From: Dehalococcoidia bacterium
Lineage (GTDB): Bacteria; Chloroflexota; Dehalococcoidia; SZUA-161; SpSt-899
NCBI GenBank assembly: GCA_028711995.1
Contig: JAQTRE010000004.1
Location: 1 to 60,642 of the forward strand
Direction: 5' to 3'
Length of the DNA stretch: 60,642 bases
Shown here: piece by piece, positions 10,174 through 20,937 of the stretch
Numbering within the stretch: position 1 is the first letter of the stretch
Layout of the letters: every line of letters starts with the position of its first letter
The notes under the pieces: model-generated
Told to the model about the DNA's origin: nothing
What the model saw: the letters and a program-made list of their open reading frames with translations, nothing else
Databases searched by the model: none
Translations under genes and position numbers: made by a program

Positions 10174-11436
10174 TCAGAGGCTCGCTGGCGTTGGTAAATG
10201 ACTGAAGGTGAAACAAAGCGCCATACCGGGCAATCCACGCCGAAATCCGCTGGCTAAAGGTGCCCCAATCCCGAGACTGAGACGCCACACGCTATCCAGT
10301 CCGTTGGTGTCAAAGCCATACACCGCCAATAAGGCATCATCTGGGCTGCTGCCATTCCTGAACACGTGGAGCAGATCCAGCATCTTGTCAGCGCCATAGC
10401 TATCGATGATAAATTTTACGAGTTGATAGCTCTCAGCATAGGCCAGAAGTGCTTCTCCGGCATCGGCAGGAAAACTGCTGCTCAAACTCTGCACCGAAAT
10501 GAGTGCAGAATTGAATACGGCACCCGTGAATAGTTCTTCGAAGTTTTCCGTCAATTCGCCCTCGGCATACATTGCCAGGCCTTCACTAAGCCAGGTCGGC
10601 AAGCCGGCATAAGGATTGAAAGTGACCTGGCTTATGACCAGATGGGCCAACTCATGAGCCACTGTTCCTTTCCCCCAGTCTAAATTACCGGGAGAAACGC
10701 CGATGGCTATGATACCGTAGTCGGTAAAGGCAATTCCTCCCGTCCAATCCTGAGAATATACCAAGGCGTTCTGTAACTCATCTGCGCTGGCGTAGATATA
10801 GATTTTAACTTCCTTCTCCAGCAGCGCCCCCGTATCTTCGGCCAGTTTATCCAGCGCACCCTGGGCCGCATTCATCAATGCCTGACCGAATGACTTATCG
10901 CCCTGATGCCAGAATAACCGGACATTATTTTCCAATAGCTCCCGCCAGTCATAGCGGGTGTCATCGAAGCTGAGTTTCTCCGCAGTCAGGGTAGAAACCA
11001 CTCCCGATGCATTCTTGATAACCCAGTGATATTCAACCTCTGCCCCTGGCGGCAAGCTGGCCTTCTTCATGTCCCAAACCCAGCTCGTCTTCACCCGATA
11101 GCCCGGAGTGAAATCCGGTTTGATGGTGGCAATCACCGAAGGTGAAGTAACCTTGGCGATTTTGTACCGCAACTCAACTCCGGTGATCTGGCCATCGCTT
11201 TCGACTTCCAGATTGAAGGTGAGGGATTTGGGGAAATCGGTCTTGGTACTCCTGGAGAGCACAGTGATATCGCCCTGAGATATGATCGGCACAACAGTGG
11301 AACTTGAGGTGGGTTCTTTCGGAGAGGGGGTATCTCCACCTGAATTACAGCCGCTCACAAAGCTCGCCAGGAGCATCATCAGAGCCAAGACACAAACAAA
11401 CTCTCTTCTGCCTACCATGCTGCGCTCCATAAACAC
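10174..11436 (-). CDS. MA-clan zinc metallopeptidase lipoprotein (Peptidase_MA_2-like)
   Basis: 420 aa. Lipobox LLASFVSGC after a signal sequence, HELAHLV zincin motif followed by EGLAMYAEG. Directly downstream of the J-domain/SBP gene. Confidence 0.65.
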   Translation of the reverse strand: MFMERSMVGRREFVCVLALMMLLASFVSGCNSGGDTPSPKEPTSSSTVVPIISQGDITVLSRSTKTDFPKSLTFNLEVESDGQITGVELRYKIAKVTSPSVIATIKPDFTPGYRVKTSWVWDMKKASLPPGAEVEYHWVIKNASGVVSTLTAEKLSFDDTRYDWRELLENNVRLFWHQGDKSFGQALMNAAQGALDKLAEDTGALLEKEVKIYIYASADELQNALVYSQDWTGGIAFTDYGIIAIGVSPGNLDWGKGTVAHELAHLVISQVTFNPYAGLPTWLSEGLAMYAEGELTENFEELFTGAVFNSALISVQSLSSSFPADAGEALLAYAESYQLVKFIIDSYGADKMLDLLHVFRNGSSPDDALLAVYGFDTNGLDSVWRLSLGIGAPLASGFRRGLPGMALCFTFSHLPTPASL

Positions 11437-11484
11437 CGACTGTTGTATTCTATGTCCATATCTCGCGGTTTGGCCTGAAGCCGG

Positions 11485-13947
11485 CTAATCGTGCGATTCA
11501 ACAATGATATACTTCAGCCAGGCAATCGGCATGGGAGCCGCCACAAAGTCCTTCACATAGGGTTTAACCAGGATATAGTTGACGTTGAAAAACATCGGCA
11601 AGCAGGCCGCATCCTCAACGATCATCCGCTCGATATCCTGGTACATCTTCAGGCGAGCATCAGTATCCATTTCTCCGCGTGCCGTTTGGAGCAATACATC
11701 CACTTCAGGGTTGCTGTACTCCCCTGCGTTATCCTCGCTCTGGCTATAGAACAACATATCCAGGAAATTCTGCGGATCGGGGTAGTCGGCAATCCAGCCC
11801 GAATCGAAAAGCTCGTCTTTGTCTTCCTTGAGAACATCGAAGTAATCGTCGGGATCGATCTGTCTGACAGCCACATCCACCCCCAGATTCTGCTTCCACA
11901 TATCGATGAGCGCCTGATTGATCGGCGAGATATCGCCGAGTCCGGCAGTGGTAAAGGTAATGGGAGGAAGATTCGAAACGCTCCCGTATGTTGACTCTCC
12001 GATCAGTTCCTTGGCTTTGGCGGGATCGAATTCCAGTCCTTTGAGTCCTTCGCTATAGCCGGGCATCCCCGGCGGCAAAATACCGTCGGCTCGTTTGGCC
12101 ATATCCTTAATCACCAGCTTGATGATTTTATCCTTATCCACCGCGTAACAAAACGCCTGACGCACCCTGGGGTCATCAAAGGGAGGCTTGGTCACATTGA
12201 AACCAATATACCACAGGCTGAACTCGGGGATAGTGATCAGTTCCTTGTTCAGCGCATTGGCCGGATCAAGAACTCGCTCGATATCTTGCGTAGACACATA
12301 GTTGATATCGATCTCCCCTGTTTCGTACATCATCATCGGGATTCCGGCATACAACCGAAAGACCACGTTTTTGACCTTGGGCATTTCCCCATAATAGCCG
12401 TCATTGCGTTCCAGAGTGATGATCTCGTCCACCTTCCATTCCTTCAGTTTGAAGGGGCCGGTGCCGTTGGGCTCGCGCCACCATTCCCCGCCCGACTCCA
12501 CATTGGCCTGATCCACCACAAAAGCTACCGGATGAGTGAGCTTGGCCAGAAAGTATGCCTTGGGCGCATCGATAGTGATTCGGAGGGTATATTTATCCAT
12601 AACCTTCACACCACTGATTTCCCTGGCTGTTCCGGCGAGTCTGTCATTGACACCGACAATGTCTCCGAGATAATTGGCCGCCGTCTTAGACCCTGTGGCG
12701 GGATTACAGGCACGCTCCAGTGAATACTTGAAATCATCGGCAGTCACTTTCTTTCCGTCCTGGAACTTCACGTCCTGCCGCAAATGAAAAGTGTATGTTT
12801 TGCCGTCATCGGAAACCTCCCACTTTTGAGCGATTTCCGGAACTACTTTCAGGCCCTTATCAAGCGTCACCAGCCCGGAGAACAGCTCCATCACGTACGA
12901 AGCAGAGGTGCTATCGCGCGAAAGCGCCGGGTCCATAGTCGTCGGCCCAATGTCTGTCAAGATCAGAGACTCATTCCGAGGGACGCCGGAGAGGCTCGGT
13001 TCCTCCAACCGCAAGCTGTAAAGGATTTCGTCAAAAGTATCCGCCTGAGAAGCGAAGTCAGATTCGGGGCTCAAAGCCAGAGCGGCAAAGGCCCGGCTGC
13101 CGCGCACCATGCTGATCACCTTCACTTTCAGCGGCAGGCCTGATTCGGCTCCGGTGAACACCTGTTCATAGCCGGATTCCGCATCCACCTTGACCTCTCC
13201 TTCAGATAGCAGGGCAAAGTCGCTCAGCCCCTGCTCAAGACCCTTAATGTTTTCGGCAGCAAATTCCTGAGGCGTCATTTTCGCAGACAAATACTGGACC
13301 CACACCTGCACCATGCCGGTCCTATCAGGAGAGAGAACGAGCAGTAAAGCACCGCCTTGCGGAGAATCCTGCTTCTCCCAATCTGTAGGATAACTCAGGG
13401 AAAAACCATAGGTGGCGTTTCTGTAGAAGCCAGCTTGGTCCACTTCAGTGAGTTGTGGTGTTGCTGCATCACTTGGCCCATTGGAAGGATTCGATTTCGA
13501 TACGTTGCTCCATACTGCAGCAACTATAGCCACAAGGATCACCACGCTAACCAAAGCCAAAATCAACTGTCGACCATGCCAACCTGAGGTGGCGCCGCGC
13601 GAGATCGAGGGTTTTTTAGATGGTTGGACGCGAGTATCTTTGGGTTTTTGCGGTGGTGGGTACGAAGTTTCATTCTGTGTTGTATTCTTCGATGAATATT
13701 CACCACCATAAGATGAACTACCGCGAGGCTTGCCAAAGACTCCCTTGACCCTATCATACTCAGCGCGCTTTTGCGGGTCACCGAGGACTTCATATGCCTC
13801 ATTGATTTCTTTCATCCGGGCTTCAGCGTTGGCGCTCTTATCGATGTCTGGGTGATACTTTTGCGCCAAGCGCTTATAAGCACTCTTAATAACCTCTGGA
13901 TCAGCTTCAGAGTCAACCTGAAGTATCTTATAATAGTCTCTTGCCAT
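11485..13947 (-). CDS. J-domain / single TM helix / PsbP-like module / family-5 solute-binding protein fusion
   Basis: 820 aa. N-terminal [24 protein letters not shown] domain, TM segment [19 protein letters not shown], then [14 protein letters not shown], then a peptide/nickel SBP_bac_5-type domain ([40 protein letters not shown]). Confidence 0.8.
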   Translation of the reverse strand: MARDYYKILQVDSEADPEVIKSAYKRLAQKYHPDIDKSANAEARMKEINEAYEVLGDPQKRAEYDRVKGVFGKPRGSSSYGGEYSSKNTTQNETSYPPPQKPKDTRVQPSKKPSISRGATSGWHGRQLILALVSVVILVAIVAAVWSNVSKSNPSNGPSDAATPQLTEVDQAGFYRNATYGFSLSYPTDWEKQDSPQGGALLLVLSPDRTGMVQVWVQYLSAKMTPQEFAAENIKGLEQGLSDFALLSEGEVKVDAESGYEQVFTGAESGLPLKVKVISMVRGSRAFAALALSPESDFASQADTFDEILYSLRLEEPSLSGVPRNESLILTDIGPTTMDPALSRDSTSASYVMELFSGLVTLDKGLKVVPEIAQKWEVSDDGKTYTFHLRQDVKFQDGKKVTADDFKYSLERACNPATGSKTAANYLGDIVGVNDRLAGTAREISGVKVMDKYTLRITIDAPKAYFLAKLTHPVAFVVDQANVESGGEWWREPNGTGPFKLKEWKVDEIITLERNDGYYGEMPKVKNVVFRLYAGIPMMMYETGEIDINYVSTQDIERVLDPANALNKELITIPEFSLWYIGFNVTKPPFDDPRVRQAFCYAVDKDKIIKLVIKDMAKRADGILPPGMPGYSEGLKGLEFDPAKAKELIGESTYGSVSNLPPITFTTAGLGDISPINQALIDMWKQNLGVDVAVRQIDPDDYFDVLKEDKDELFDSGWIADYPDPQNFLDMLFYSQSEDNAGEYSNPEVDVLLQTARGEMDTDARLKMYQDIERMIVEDAACLPMFFNVNYILVKPYVKDFVAAPMPIAWLKYIIVESHD

Positions 13948-14142
13948 TTCGCTCCTGTTGCTTGCCGTGTCTGATCTAAAACACTGACTGAAGTATACTA
14001 TCCCCCTGGTCTCAGTGGCAAGGACAATCCGCTTCGGTTTTGTCCGTGGATTTCCCGGTTCAAGTGTTTTTAGACCCGCACTTCCTCGGAAGCAATGTTG
14101 GCGAGTATAATATCATCCACTGAAGGAATTAAGAGGTCGCTT

Positions 14143-14463
14143 ATGAAATTCATCATCATCTACATCACTCATAAGAACCGGGAAGAGGCATCAAAGATCA
14201 CCGCTCATCTGCTGGAGAAGAGGCTCATCGCCTGCGCCAATATCTTCCCCATCCAAAGCTCCTACCGGTGGCAGGGAAAAATTGAGAACGAGGATGAGGT
14301 GGTCTCTATCGTCAAGACAAGAAGAGAGAACTGGGAGAGCGTAAAATCCGAGGTGAAGAGGATTCATCCCTACGAAGTGCCCTGCATTATCAAAATTGAA
14401 GTTGAGGCCAACGAAGACTACGCGGCGTGGATTGGCGCGGAAACCGTACAAGGCAATTCATGA
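14143..14463 (+). CDS. cutA: divalent-cation tolerance protein CutA
   Basis: MKFIIIYIT..AHLLEKRLIACANIFP..SSYRWQGKIE..E..KT..HPYEVPCI. The ATG at 14143 with an aagagg SD is preferred over the track start at 14095. Confidence 0.85.
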   Translation: MKFIIIYITHKNREEASKITAHLLEKRLIACANIFPIQSSYRWQGKIENEDEVVSIVKTRRENWESVKSEVKRIHPYEVPCIIKIEVEANEDYAAWIGAETVQGNS

Positions 14464-14470
14464 ATCGCCC

Positions 14471-15106
14471 CTACAGGCGGCCGATGCTTTTGAGGTGCCG
14501 GAGAAAACCCTCCATCACATCTTTGCCCAGGTAATTCAGACCAGCACCGGCACTGTGAGAGATGACCAACAATCGAGAGACAAATTCCAGCGTTTCGGTC
14601 GCCAGCAAACACTCATCCAGCGAAGAGCCAAAGCAAACCACGCCGTGGTTGTTCAACAGCAAGACCCGGCCGGACTGCGCGGCAACAGCCACAGCTTCGG
14701 CCAGCGCTTGACTTCCGGCATGATAATAGGGCACTCGCACCACCTGGCCCAAATAGGCCATCGCCTCCGGCAAACAGTCGGGTCTGATATCCACATCAGA
14801 GCACGCAATCAAGGTGGAATAAAAAGGCTGGGAGTGAATCACGGCCTTTGCATCCTCACAGTTATGGTATATCCCCCGATGCATTCCGGTCTCCATCGAC
14901 GGCCGCCTGGTACCTTCCCATGAATCGGATTTGATCCGGCAGAGGACGAGGTCTTCCTGGCGCAAGCAGTTCAGATCAGAGCCACCGGCAGAAATGAGGA
15001 AGCTGTCCGATTGCGTTCTCATACTGATATTGCCGCTATGTCCCCAGATCAGTTTCCGATCAGCCAGATTGCGGCCACAGGCGATCAAATCCTCTCGTGA
15101 TTCCAT
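14471..15106 (-). CDS. class II aldolase/adducin-family protein
   Basis: 211 aa. GHSGNISMR, VIHSQP, LLLNNHGVVCFGSSLDEC are characteristic of fuculose-phosphate aldolase / MTRu-1-P dehydratase-type enzymes. Confidence 0.8.
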   Translation of the reverse strand: MESREDLIACGRNLADRKLIWGHSGNISMRTQSDSFLISAGGSDLNCLRQEDLVLCRIKSDSWEGTRRPSMETGMHRGIYHNCEDAKAVIHSQPFYSTLIACSDVDIRPDCLPEAMAYLGQVVRVPYYHAGSQALAEAVAVAAQSGRVLLLNNHGVVCFGSSLDECLLATETLEFVSRLLVISHSAGAGLNYLGKDVMEGFLRHLKSIGRL

Positions 15107-15301
15107 TCGGGGGTTCTCTCCATGAACTGTTTTGACTTATCCTAACCCCAGGCCATCGCCGCAGTCAAGATAAACGGCTTTCTTTTCCATAACAAACGGG
15201 CAGATCGGGGTATCGATCCGCATATTGTGATATGATCAAGTTGTAGCCGATTTCTCAGGCTACGGCATCCCAGCGTTACTATCAAAAGGAGATTCGACCC
15301 G

Positions 15302-15781
15302 ATGACCGCAAAGACATGGACCACCGCACCCCAGATGCAGATCGACGTCAAGAAGACTTACCAGGCCACCATCGAAACCGACAAGGGCACCATTGAACTG
15401 GAGCTCTACCCTGCCCATGCGCCAAAAACCGTCAACAACTTCGCTTTTCTGGCAGGAGAAGGTTTCTATGACGGAGTTTTGTTCCATCGCGTGATCAACA
15501 ACTTCATGATTCAGGGGGGAGACCCTACCGGCACCGGAAGAGGCGGACCGGGATACAAATTTGAAGATGAATTGAAGGGGAATCCCCTCAAGCACGAAAA
15601 AGGGGTGATCTCGATGGCCAATGCCGGGCCGAACACCAATGGGAGTCAATTCTTCATTACCCATTCTCCCCAGCCTCACTTGAACGGACATCATACAGTG
15701 TTCGGCAAGGTCATCAAGGGCCAGAATGTAGTGGACACCATTTGCCAGGGAGATCGGATGTTGAAAGTAACGGTCACTTAA
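15302..15781 (+). CDS. cyclophilin-type peptidyl-prolyl cis-trans isomerase
   Basis: 159 aa. [41 protein letters not shown]. Confidence 0.93.
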   Translation: MTAKTWTTAPQMQIDVKKTYQATIETDKGTIELELYPAHAPKTVNNFAFLAGEGFYDGVLFHRVINNFMIQGGDPTGTGRGGPGYKFEDELKGNPLKHEKGVISMANAGPNTNGSQFFITHSPQPHLNGHHTVFGKVIKGQNVVDTICQGDRMLKVTVT

Positions 15782-15912
15782 GGATTCATATCGAGCAATG
15801 GCCAACACTGAGCGCCATTGTGTTGGCCATTGCTCGGTCAGATGCTGTCTCAAAATAGAGTCGATATTCGATCATCTAATGGCTTGCTCTTCTTTTTCAG
15901 AGGAGGTGGATC

Positions 15913-16509
15913 GTGGTAATAGACTCGCAGCCGTACCCTGTTTCCATCAAGGGCAACCTGGAAGAACCCCTATCCCGCTGGTTGTGGCTGGTCAAGTGGT
16001 TCCTGCTCATCCCTCATGTCTTCATCCTGGTGTTTCTCTGGATCGCCTTCTTTGCCATCCTGTTCACCGGCAAGTATCCCCGCGGCCTATTCGACTTCAA
16101 TGTGGGTGTTCTGCGCTGGACATGGAGGGTCGGGTTCTACAGCTATCTGGCACTGGGAACGGATAAATACCCTCCTTTCACCCTTAAATCCGTGGACTAC
16201 CCCGCCGATCTGCAAGTGGAATACCCGTCAGAGAAGCTCTCCCGAAGACTGGTACTGGTCAAGTGGTGGCTTCTGGCCATCCCGCACTACCTGGTCGTCG
16301 CCTTTTTCCAGGGAGGCATAGGACCTCGTTGCGGCGGGTTGACCACCCTTCTCGTCCTCTACGCGGGTGTGATCCTGTTATTCAAAGGAACCTATCACAA
16401 GGACATCTTCGACTTCGTGATGGAGATGAACCGCTGGTCTGCGAGAGTGTATGGCTATGCAGGCCTGATGACAGACCGCTATCCGCCATTCAAGCTTGGC
16501 GAGGCATAG
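15913..16509 (+). CDS. DUF4389-like membrane protein
   Basis: 198 aa. Two internal repeats of (R)WLWLVKW(F/W)LLIPHY..., each followed by YPPF. The family assignment is from memory of the motif. Confidence 0.5.
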   Translation: MVIDSQPYPVSIKGNLEEPLSRWLWLVKWFLLIPHVFILVFLWIAFFAILFTGKYPRGLFDFNVGVLRWTWRVGFYSYLALGTDKYPPFTLKSVDYPADLQVEYPSEKLSRRLVLVKWWLLAIPHYLVVAFFQGGIGPRCGGLTTLLVLYAGVILLFKGTYHKDIFDFVMEMNRWSARVYGYAGLMTDRYPPFKLGEA

Positions 16510-16555
16510 TCTTTTCCAGCCGACAACCAATCTCAAACAGGCTCTGATCAAGTTC

Positions 16556-16612
16556 TAATCAACCCCCTAACCCCCAATCATGGGGGAAGAGGAGGGGGAT
16601 TTGGGACAGCCT
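16556..16612. repeat. family C G/C-run repeat
   Basis: See 3804-3895. Confidence 0.7.
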
Positions 16613-16743
16613 TCCCGAATTCTGATCCCAATTATCCCTGTGCTACTTAATCAGAGGTTTCTGAATGTGCTATACTGTCGCAAGGAAACCTTTCTACGGT
16701 TGCGACCTTGGGATTCCAAGACCGATATCCCTCATGATCAAGA

Positions 16744-17673
16744 ATGACAGTCCAAGCCAAAGCGGTAATTGAGGTCACCGATCTCTTCAAGAGCTACGGA
16801 AACGTCAAGGCGGTGAATGGAATCAGCCTTGACGTCGCCAGGGGAGAGGTCTTCGGCATGTTAGGCCCCAATGGTGCGGGAAAGACCACAACGGTTGAGA
16901 TCATCGAAGGGCTGCGCGCCGCTGATGGCGGCACGGTGAGAGTGCTGGGTATGGATGTTTCCCAGGACGTTCGCGCTGTAAAGGAACGCATAGGAATACA
17001 GCCTCAGCACCCGGCGCTTTTCCCAACGTTGACCGTTCAAGAAATCATCCGCTTCTTCCGAGGCCTGTACCAGAAAACCATCCCTTCGGCTCAAATCATC
17101 GAGATGGTTTCCCTTCAGGAAAGCCGGAATGTCCTTGTCAGCCACCTTTCCGGAGGCCAACAGCAGCGCCTTTCGGTAGGCTTGGCCTTTGTCAACGACC
17201 CGGAGATCGTCTTTCTTGACGAACCGACCACGGGACTGGACCCGCAGGCACGCCGCGCCATGTGGGACGTAATCGAGACATACCGAAAGACAGGAAAAAC
17301 GATCTTCCTCACTACCCATTACATGGAAGAGGCGGAGCGCCTCTGCGACCGCGTTGCCATCATGGACCACGGACAGATCATTGCCATGGAAAGTCCCAAA
17401 CGGTTGATTGAGGAACACATCAGGGAAAGCGCCATCCAGTTCAAGATGACCAACTATCCCGGTATGGAGCCTCTGGCCAGGCTTCCGGGCGTGACCAAAG
17501 CGGTCAAAGAAGAGGATGAGATACTCCTTTACACAGAGGACATCCCCCCCACGATAGCCGCTCTGCTGACGCTGGTTTCCTCTCAATCATCCGCGCTCTC
17601 AGAGCTGTTCATTCGGCAGGCAACACTTGAGGATGTCTTCCTCAAACTGACCGGGAAAAGGATAAGGGATTGA
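16744..17673 (+). CDS. ABC transporter ATP-binding protein
   Basis: Walker A GPNGAGKTT, signature LSGGQQQRL, Walker B IVFLDEPTTGLD. Confidence 0.93.
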   Translation: MTVQAKAVIEVTDLFKSYGNVKAVNGISLDVARGEVFGMLGPNGAGKTTTVEIIEGLRAADGGTVRVLGMDVSQDVRAVKERIGIQPQHPALFPTLTVQEIIRFFRGLYQKTIPSAQIIEMVSLQESRNVLVSHLSGGQQQRLSVGLAFVNDPEIVFLDEPTTGLDPQARRAMWDVIETYRKTGKTIFLTTHYMEEAERLCDRVAIMDHGQIIAMESPKRLIEEHIRESAIQFKMTNYPGMEPLARLPGVTKAVKEEDEILLYTEDIPPTIAALLTLVSSQSSALSELFIRQATLEDVFLKLTGKRIRD

Positions 17674-18767
17674 AAGCTTTCACTCAGGTGTTCATGGCGC
17701 ATTACCGGCAGTTCATGCGGGACAGAGCCGCCCTGTTTTTCACCTTCATCTTCCCGATCATGTTCATTCTGATATTCGGGTGGGTCTTCCGCAATCCGGG
17801 GACGGAGATCTTCAAAATAGGGATCGTCGATCAGGGCTCACCCCATAGCGCCGGGTTCATCACTCAGGGACTCGATAGCGTCGTCGTTAAAGGGGAGAAA
17901 TCGTTCAAAATAAAGACAGGCGAGCTGGCCAATCAATTACAGTTGCTCCGGGATGGGGATCTTGATGCCGTAATCGTCATACCCGAGTCTATGGATAGCT
18001 CCCTTAACCTGAATCAACCGGCAGACCTTCAACTCTACTATGACCCCAGCACGACCGTCAATCAACAAATATTGGTTCCCATTCTGCACCAGGTGATCGA
18101 TGGGATAAATCTGAGCCTGCCGGGAAATGTCCGATTCATCAGCATGGAGGAGCAAAGCATTCAGTCGCACGACCTGCGGTATATCGACTATCTGCTCCCC
18201 GGGATACTGGGGATGCAACTGATGTTCACCGGCATCTTCGGCGGTCTGCCCATCATTCAGCAAAGGCAAGCTCATATCATCAAGCGGCTGGGAGGCACGC
18301 CTTTGCGCAGATCGACGCTGGTCTTTGGCGAATTGGTCTTCCGCATGATCCTTGTTCTGTTGACTGCGGTGTTGATCATTCTGGTGGGTCGGCTTGTCTT
18401 TGACGTACAGATGGTAGGCAACTGGCTGGTCCTTTGCGGAATGGTGATTCTGGGAACGCTGGTATTTACCTGTTTGGGATATCTGGTGGCCGCCTTTGTG
18501 AAGACAGAGGAAGCAGCCAATCCTCTCCTCAATATCATCACCTTTCCGATGATGTTCCTCTCCGGCACGTTCTTCGAGGTGAACAATATGCCCTCTTATA
18601 TCGAGCCGGTGGTCAAGATGTTGCCGTTGACCTATCTCAGCGATGCCCTGAGGCAGATCATGGTAGACGGCTCTCCCCTTTACTCGATGACAACCGATAT
18701 CGGAGTAATGCTGGTATGGACAGTTGTTTCCCTGGCGATCACGATCCGCTTCTTCCGGTGGGATTAG
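17670..18767 (+). CDS. ABC-2 type transporter permease
   Basis: 365 aa. One N-terminal TM helix, a large loop, then 5 TM helices. Overlaps the ATPase stop. The true start may be the GTG at 17686 or the ATG at 17692. Confidence 0.8.
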   Translation: MKAFTQVFMAHYRQFMRDRAALFFTFIFPIMFILIFGWVFRNPGTEIFKIGIVDQGSPHSAGFITQGLDSVVVKGEKSFKIKTGELANQLQLLRDGDLDAVIVIPESMDSSLNLNQPADLQLYYDPSTTVNQQILVPILHQVIDGINLSLPGNVRFISMEEQSIQSHDLRYIDYLLPGILGMQLMFTGIFGGLPIIQQRQAHIIKRLGGTPLRRSTLVFGELVFRMILVLLTAVLIILVGRLVFDVQMVGNWLVLCGMVILGTLVFTCLGYLVAAFVKTEEAANPLLNIITFPMMFLSGTFFEVNNMPSYIEPVVKMLPLTYLSDALRQIMVDGSPLYSMTTDIGVMLVWTVVSLAITIRFFRWD

Positions 18768-18911
18768 ATTAAGTGGATGATTCTGTAGAGGTTCCGTTAC
18801 AGGATTGTGTTATAATGGATCGGTAAAAACGGCGCCAGATAATGGGGTCTGGTCCAAAGGAACGCTAGCACTTGCTTGGTTTTTCAGTGCTATGGGACTT
18901 CTTTTTCCCCG

Positions 18912-18986
18912 CTCCCCTTCGACAAGCTCAGGGCGAACGGAGAAAAAAGTGTTCCGTTCGTGGTGAGCTTGTCGAACCATGAACGG
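18912..18986. repeat. family B palindromic repeat
   Basis: ctccccttcgacaagctcagggcgaacgg..ccgttcgtggtgagcttgtcgaaccatgaacgg. Confidence 0.9.
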
Positions 18987-19015
18987 CATGGTATAATGCC
19001 TTTTTTTGTGAGCAA

Positions 19016-19540
19016 GTGCCAGGTCTGGGAATAATCGCAGCACTGTCTTTTCTCATCGCGATAGGCAGCCTAATGATGACGATGGAAATCCTTTCTCAAA
19101 GCCCTGACCACAATGTGGCCCACAGGAAGGGCACATCCCGGTTTCGATCCGACGCCGTTATCATCATGACGGTTTATGCCGTCTTTTGGCTGCTCATCGG
19201 TATTTTTGAGCTCATCTCCAAAGACACCGTCGGGGTGATCCATCTAATCCCGGCGATTCTAACGGGCAGCCTCATCTTGCTGGTGAAGAACCGCCCCTTT
19301 CTTACGGGACGTATCCTCGTTGCCGTAGGCATCATCCTTTCCATCATCTATCTAGCAGAAATGCATGGCGGATGGTTGTTTCGATTACAGGCTGTACTGG
19401 TAGTTGGAGTGCCGCTTCTGGTGTCCGGCGCATTCCTCCTCACCACTCCCACATCGATCCAGCCTGCCTGTCTACCAGAAACCCTGCCACCAGAAATACC
19501 CCCTGCCGATCCACCTCCAACCGATCCCGATGCTCAATAG
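19016..19540 (+). CDS. hypothetical polytopic membrane protein with Pro-rich tail
   Basis: 174 aa. 5 predicted hydrophobic helices, C-terminal PETLPPEIPPADPPPTDP. No family recognised. Confidence 0.45.
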   Translation: MPGLGIIAALSFLIAIGSLMMTMEILSQSPDHNVAHRKGTSRFRSDAVIIMTVYAVFWLLIGIFELISKDTVGVIHLIPAILTGSLILLVKNRPFLTGRILVAVGIILSIIYLAEMHGGWLFRLQAVLVVGVPLLVSGAFLLTTPTSIQPACLPETLPPEIPPADPPPTDPDAQ

Positions 19541-19563
19541 ACTGCCGTTCTTTGGCAAATCTA

Positions 19564-20856
19564 TTACCCTGCCTTAGCAACAGCAGCCAACGCCCCATCA
19601 ATCGCTTCCAGTGTACGGTCGATATCCTCATCATCATGAGCCAGGGAGATAAATGCTGCTTCAAATTGTGAGGGGGGCCAGTAGATGCCTTCTTCCAGCA
19701 AATACCGGAAGAACCTGCCGAACAACTGAGTGTCCGCCTTTTTGGCCGATTCATAGTCGAAAACCGATTCAGGGGTGAAAAAGGCCGTCAGGATGGATCC
19801 GATTCGATGAACCTGCAAGTCCACGCCGGCCTTCTCGGCTGCGGCCAGAATCCCCGCTTCCAGAGACGATGCCCTCTGCTCCAGAATAGAATAAACTCCG
19901 GGCTGGTTGAGCAATCGAAGCGTCTGGATCCCGGACGTCATTGCCAGCGGATTACCGGAAAGCGTTCCCGCCTGATATACCGGCCCCGATGGAGCCACCC
20001 TCTGCATGATATCCCTGCGACCGCCATAGGCTCCTACCGGCAATCCCCCGCCGATGATCTTCCCCAGGCAGGTTAAGTCCGGCGCGATCCCGTAAATCTC
20101 CTGGGCTCCGCCGTAGGCCAGCCGGAAGCCGGTGATCACCTCATCGAAAATCAGGAGAGCACCCGCTGCACAAGTGATCTCGCGCAGGCCTTCCAGGAAT
20201 CCAGGCTGAGGCAAGATCACTCCCATATTGGCTGCCACCGGCTCGACGATCACCGCCGCGATGTCGTTGTAGCGGGTGAAGAGATCACCGACAGCCTTCA
20301 CATCATTGTAAGGAGCGATGAGAGTGTTCTCGGCGTATCCTCTCGGGATGCCGGGGCTATCGGGCACGCCCAGTGTGGTGGCCCCCGAACCGGCTTTGGC
20401 CAGAAGTCCATCAGCATGGCCGTGATAGCCGCCGGAGAATTTGATGATCTTGTCTCGATTGGTGAAAGCGCGAGACAGCCTCAAGGCGCTCATCGTGGCT
20501 TCGGTGCCGGAACTGACAAAACGGACCATCTCAATAGAAGGCATAGCATCGCAAACGATCTTGGCCAGCGTGGTCTCCAGTTGGCTTGGAGCCCCGAAGG
20601 TCATTCCCGAGTCGGCGATTCTCTTGACCGCCTCCACCACTTTGAGGTGAGCGTGACCCAGTATCAGCGGCCCCCACGAGCCGACATAGTCGATGTACTC
20701 GTTATCGTCTTCATCGACGATTCGGCAACCCCGCCCTCGACGAATGAAAATTGGATCGCCGCCGACCGCCTTAAAGGCGCGCACCGGACTATCAACACCT
20801 CCCGGCAGGTATTTTTTGGCCTCATCGAACAATTCTTTTGAGCGGCTTCTTTTCAC
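19564..20856 (-). CDS. hemL: glutamate-1-semialdehyde 2,1-aminomutase
   Basis: 430 aa. [24 protein letters not shown]-terminus, class-III aminotransferase body. Sits in the hem cluster. Confidence 0.93.
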   Translation of the reverse strand: MKRSRSKELFDEAKKYLPGGVDSPVRAFKAVGGDPIFIRRGRGCRIVDEDDNEYIDYVGSWGPLILGHAHLKVVEAVKRIADSGMTFGAPSQLETTLAKIVCDAMPSIEMVRFVSSGTEATMSALRLSRAFTNRDKIIKFSGGYHGHADGLLAKAGSGATTLGVPDSPGIPRGYAENTLIAPYNDVKAVGDLFTRYNDIAAVIVEPVAANMGVILPQPGFLEGLREITCAAGALLIFDEVITGFRLAYGGAQEIYGIAPDLTCLGKIIGGGLPVGAYGGRRDIMQRVAPSGPVYQAGTLSGNPLAMTSGIQTLRLLNQPGVYSILEQRASSLEAGILAAAEKAGVDLQVHRIGSILTAFFTPESVFDYESAKKADTQLFGRFFRYLLEEGIYWPPSQFEAAFISLAHDDEDIDRTLEAIDGALAAVAKAG

Positions 20857-20937
20857 TCATCCCCCTCCATTCCCCAAATCTATGGGGAAGAAATCAAAGA
20901 CTGAGAAACACTCTTCACCGCTTTTTCGACAGTCACT

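Noticed and set aside
18810-19043. Small ORFs encoding MVRQAHHERN.. (also 44934..45143) and SLRGA.GDEAIS.. (37500..37685, 38653..38883, 38792..39187, 39622..39939).
   Set aside because: They are translations of the family A and B palindromic repeats in one of their frames. They recur wherever the repeat occurs, regardless of context.
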